A stretch of 64,000 nt of DNA. Origin: a virus. The stretch spans positions 12,767 through 76,766 of IMG/VR virus record IMGVR_UViG_3300012936_000006. One strand, 5' to 3'. Positions 63,984 through 64,000 of the stretch are shown here, one piece after another; within the stretch, counting starts at the first letter, position 1, and every line of letters begins with the position of its first letter. Both the position numbers and the translations under genes were made by a program. The notes beneath the pieces are model-generated. The model saw only the letters and a program-made list of their open reading frames with translations. It was not told the DNA's origin and ran no database searches.

Positions 63984-64000
63984 TTTCGTGAGACAAAAAC
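63970..64000 (+). CDS. GDLV-family protein, 3' truncated
   Basis: MQVGDFVRQK after GGAGG. Confidence 0.5.
   Translation, partial: MQVGDFVRQK

Noticed and set aside
1-64000. Stop-codon reassignment; tRNA genes
   Set aside because: TAA, TAG and TGA all end genes at sensible positions and core genes are intact; no cloverleaf with a T-loop GTTCRA was recognised by eye.
1-64000. Bacterial chromosome or prophage interpretation based on dnaE, groEL, recA, clpP and guaB
   Set aside because: These genes are interleaved with baseplate, gp32 and gp41-type genes on a single strand with dense small ORFs; no integrase, ribosomal or typical operon context.

Overview
A 64 kb stretch of a large (jumbo-class) tailed phage genome, with essentially all genes on the + strand in the standard genetic code. 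No tRNA, rRNA, CRISPR array or IS element was seen. The layout is: (1) 1-6.6 kb, the end of a contractile-tail/baseplate module; (2) 6.6-25.6 kb, a bacteria-like replication and nucleotide block (minimal PolA, tubulin/FtsZ-like protein, gp32-type SSB, RecA, 5'-3' exonuclease, DnaB-type helicase, class II RNR, DnaE, dUTPase, N6-adenine MTase, IMPDH/GMPR); (3) 25.7-34.1 kb, late/assembly genes (zeta-like kinase, ClpP, amidase, GroEL); (4) 34-64 kb, an accessory region. The most striking signal is an N-terminal tag, MKxLMENWRxFLxE, on about 10 unrelated proteins. Their cargo domains look like a T3-type SAM lyase, an ADP-ribosyltransferase, a GNAT, a PD-(D/E)xK nuclease, a HAD nucleotidase and a multi-module polyprotein. 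I infer a capsid-targeting, protease-cleaved effector-loading system analogous to the T4 internal-protein CTS. Other highlights are a circularly permuted patatin, a 22-aa metallothionein-like peptide, a promoter-flanked pseudoknotted ncRNA candidate, a ROSE-like thermometer upstream of hsp20, an array of about 17 small GDLV SH3/KOW-like genes, and myxobacteria-style lipoproteins that hint at a Myxococcota or related host. All family calls are motif recognition by eye; no database searches were run.
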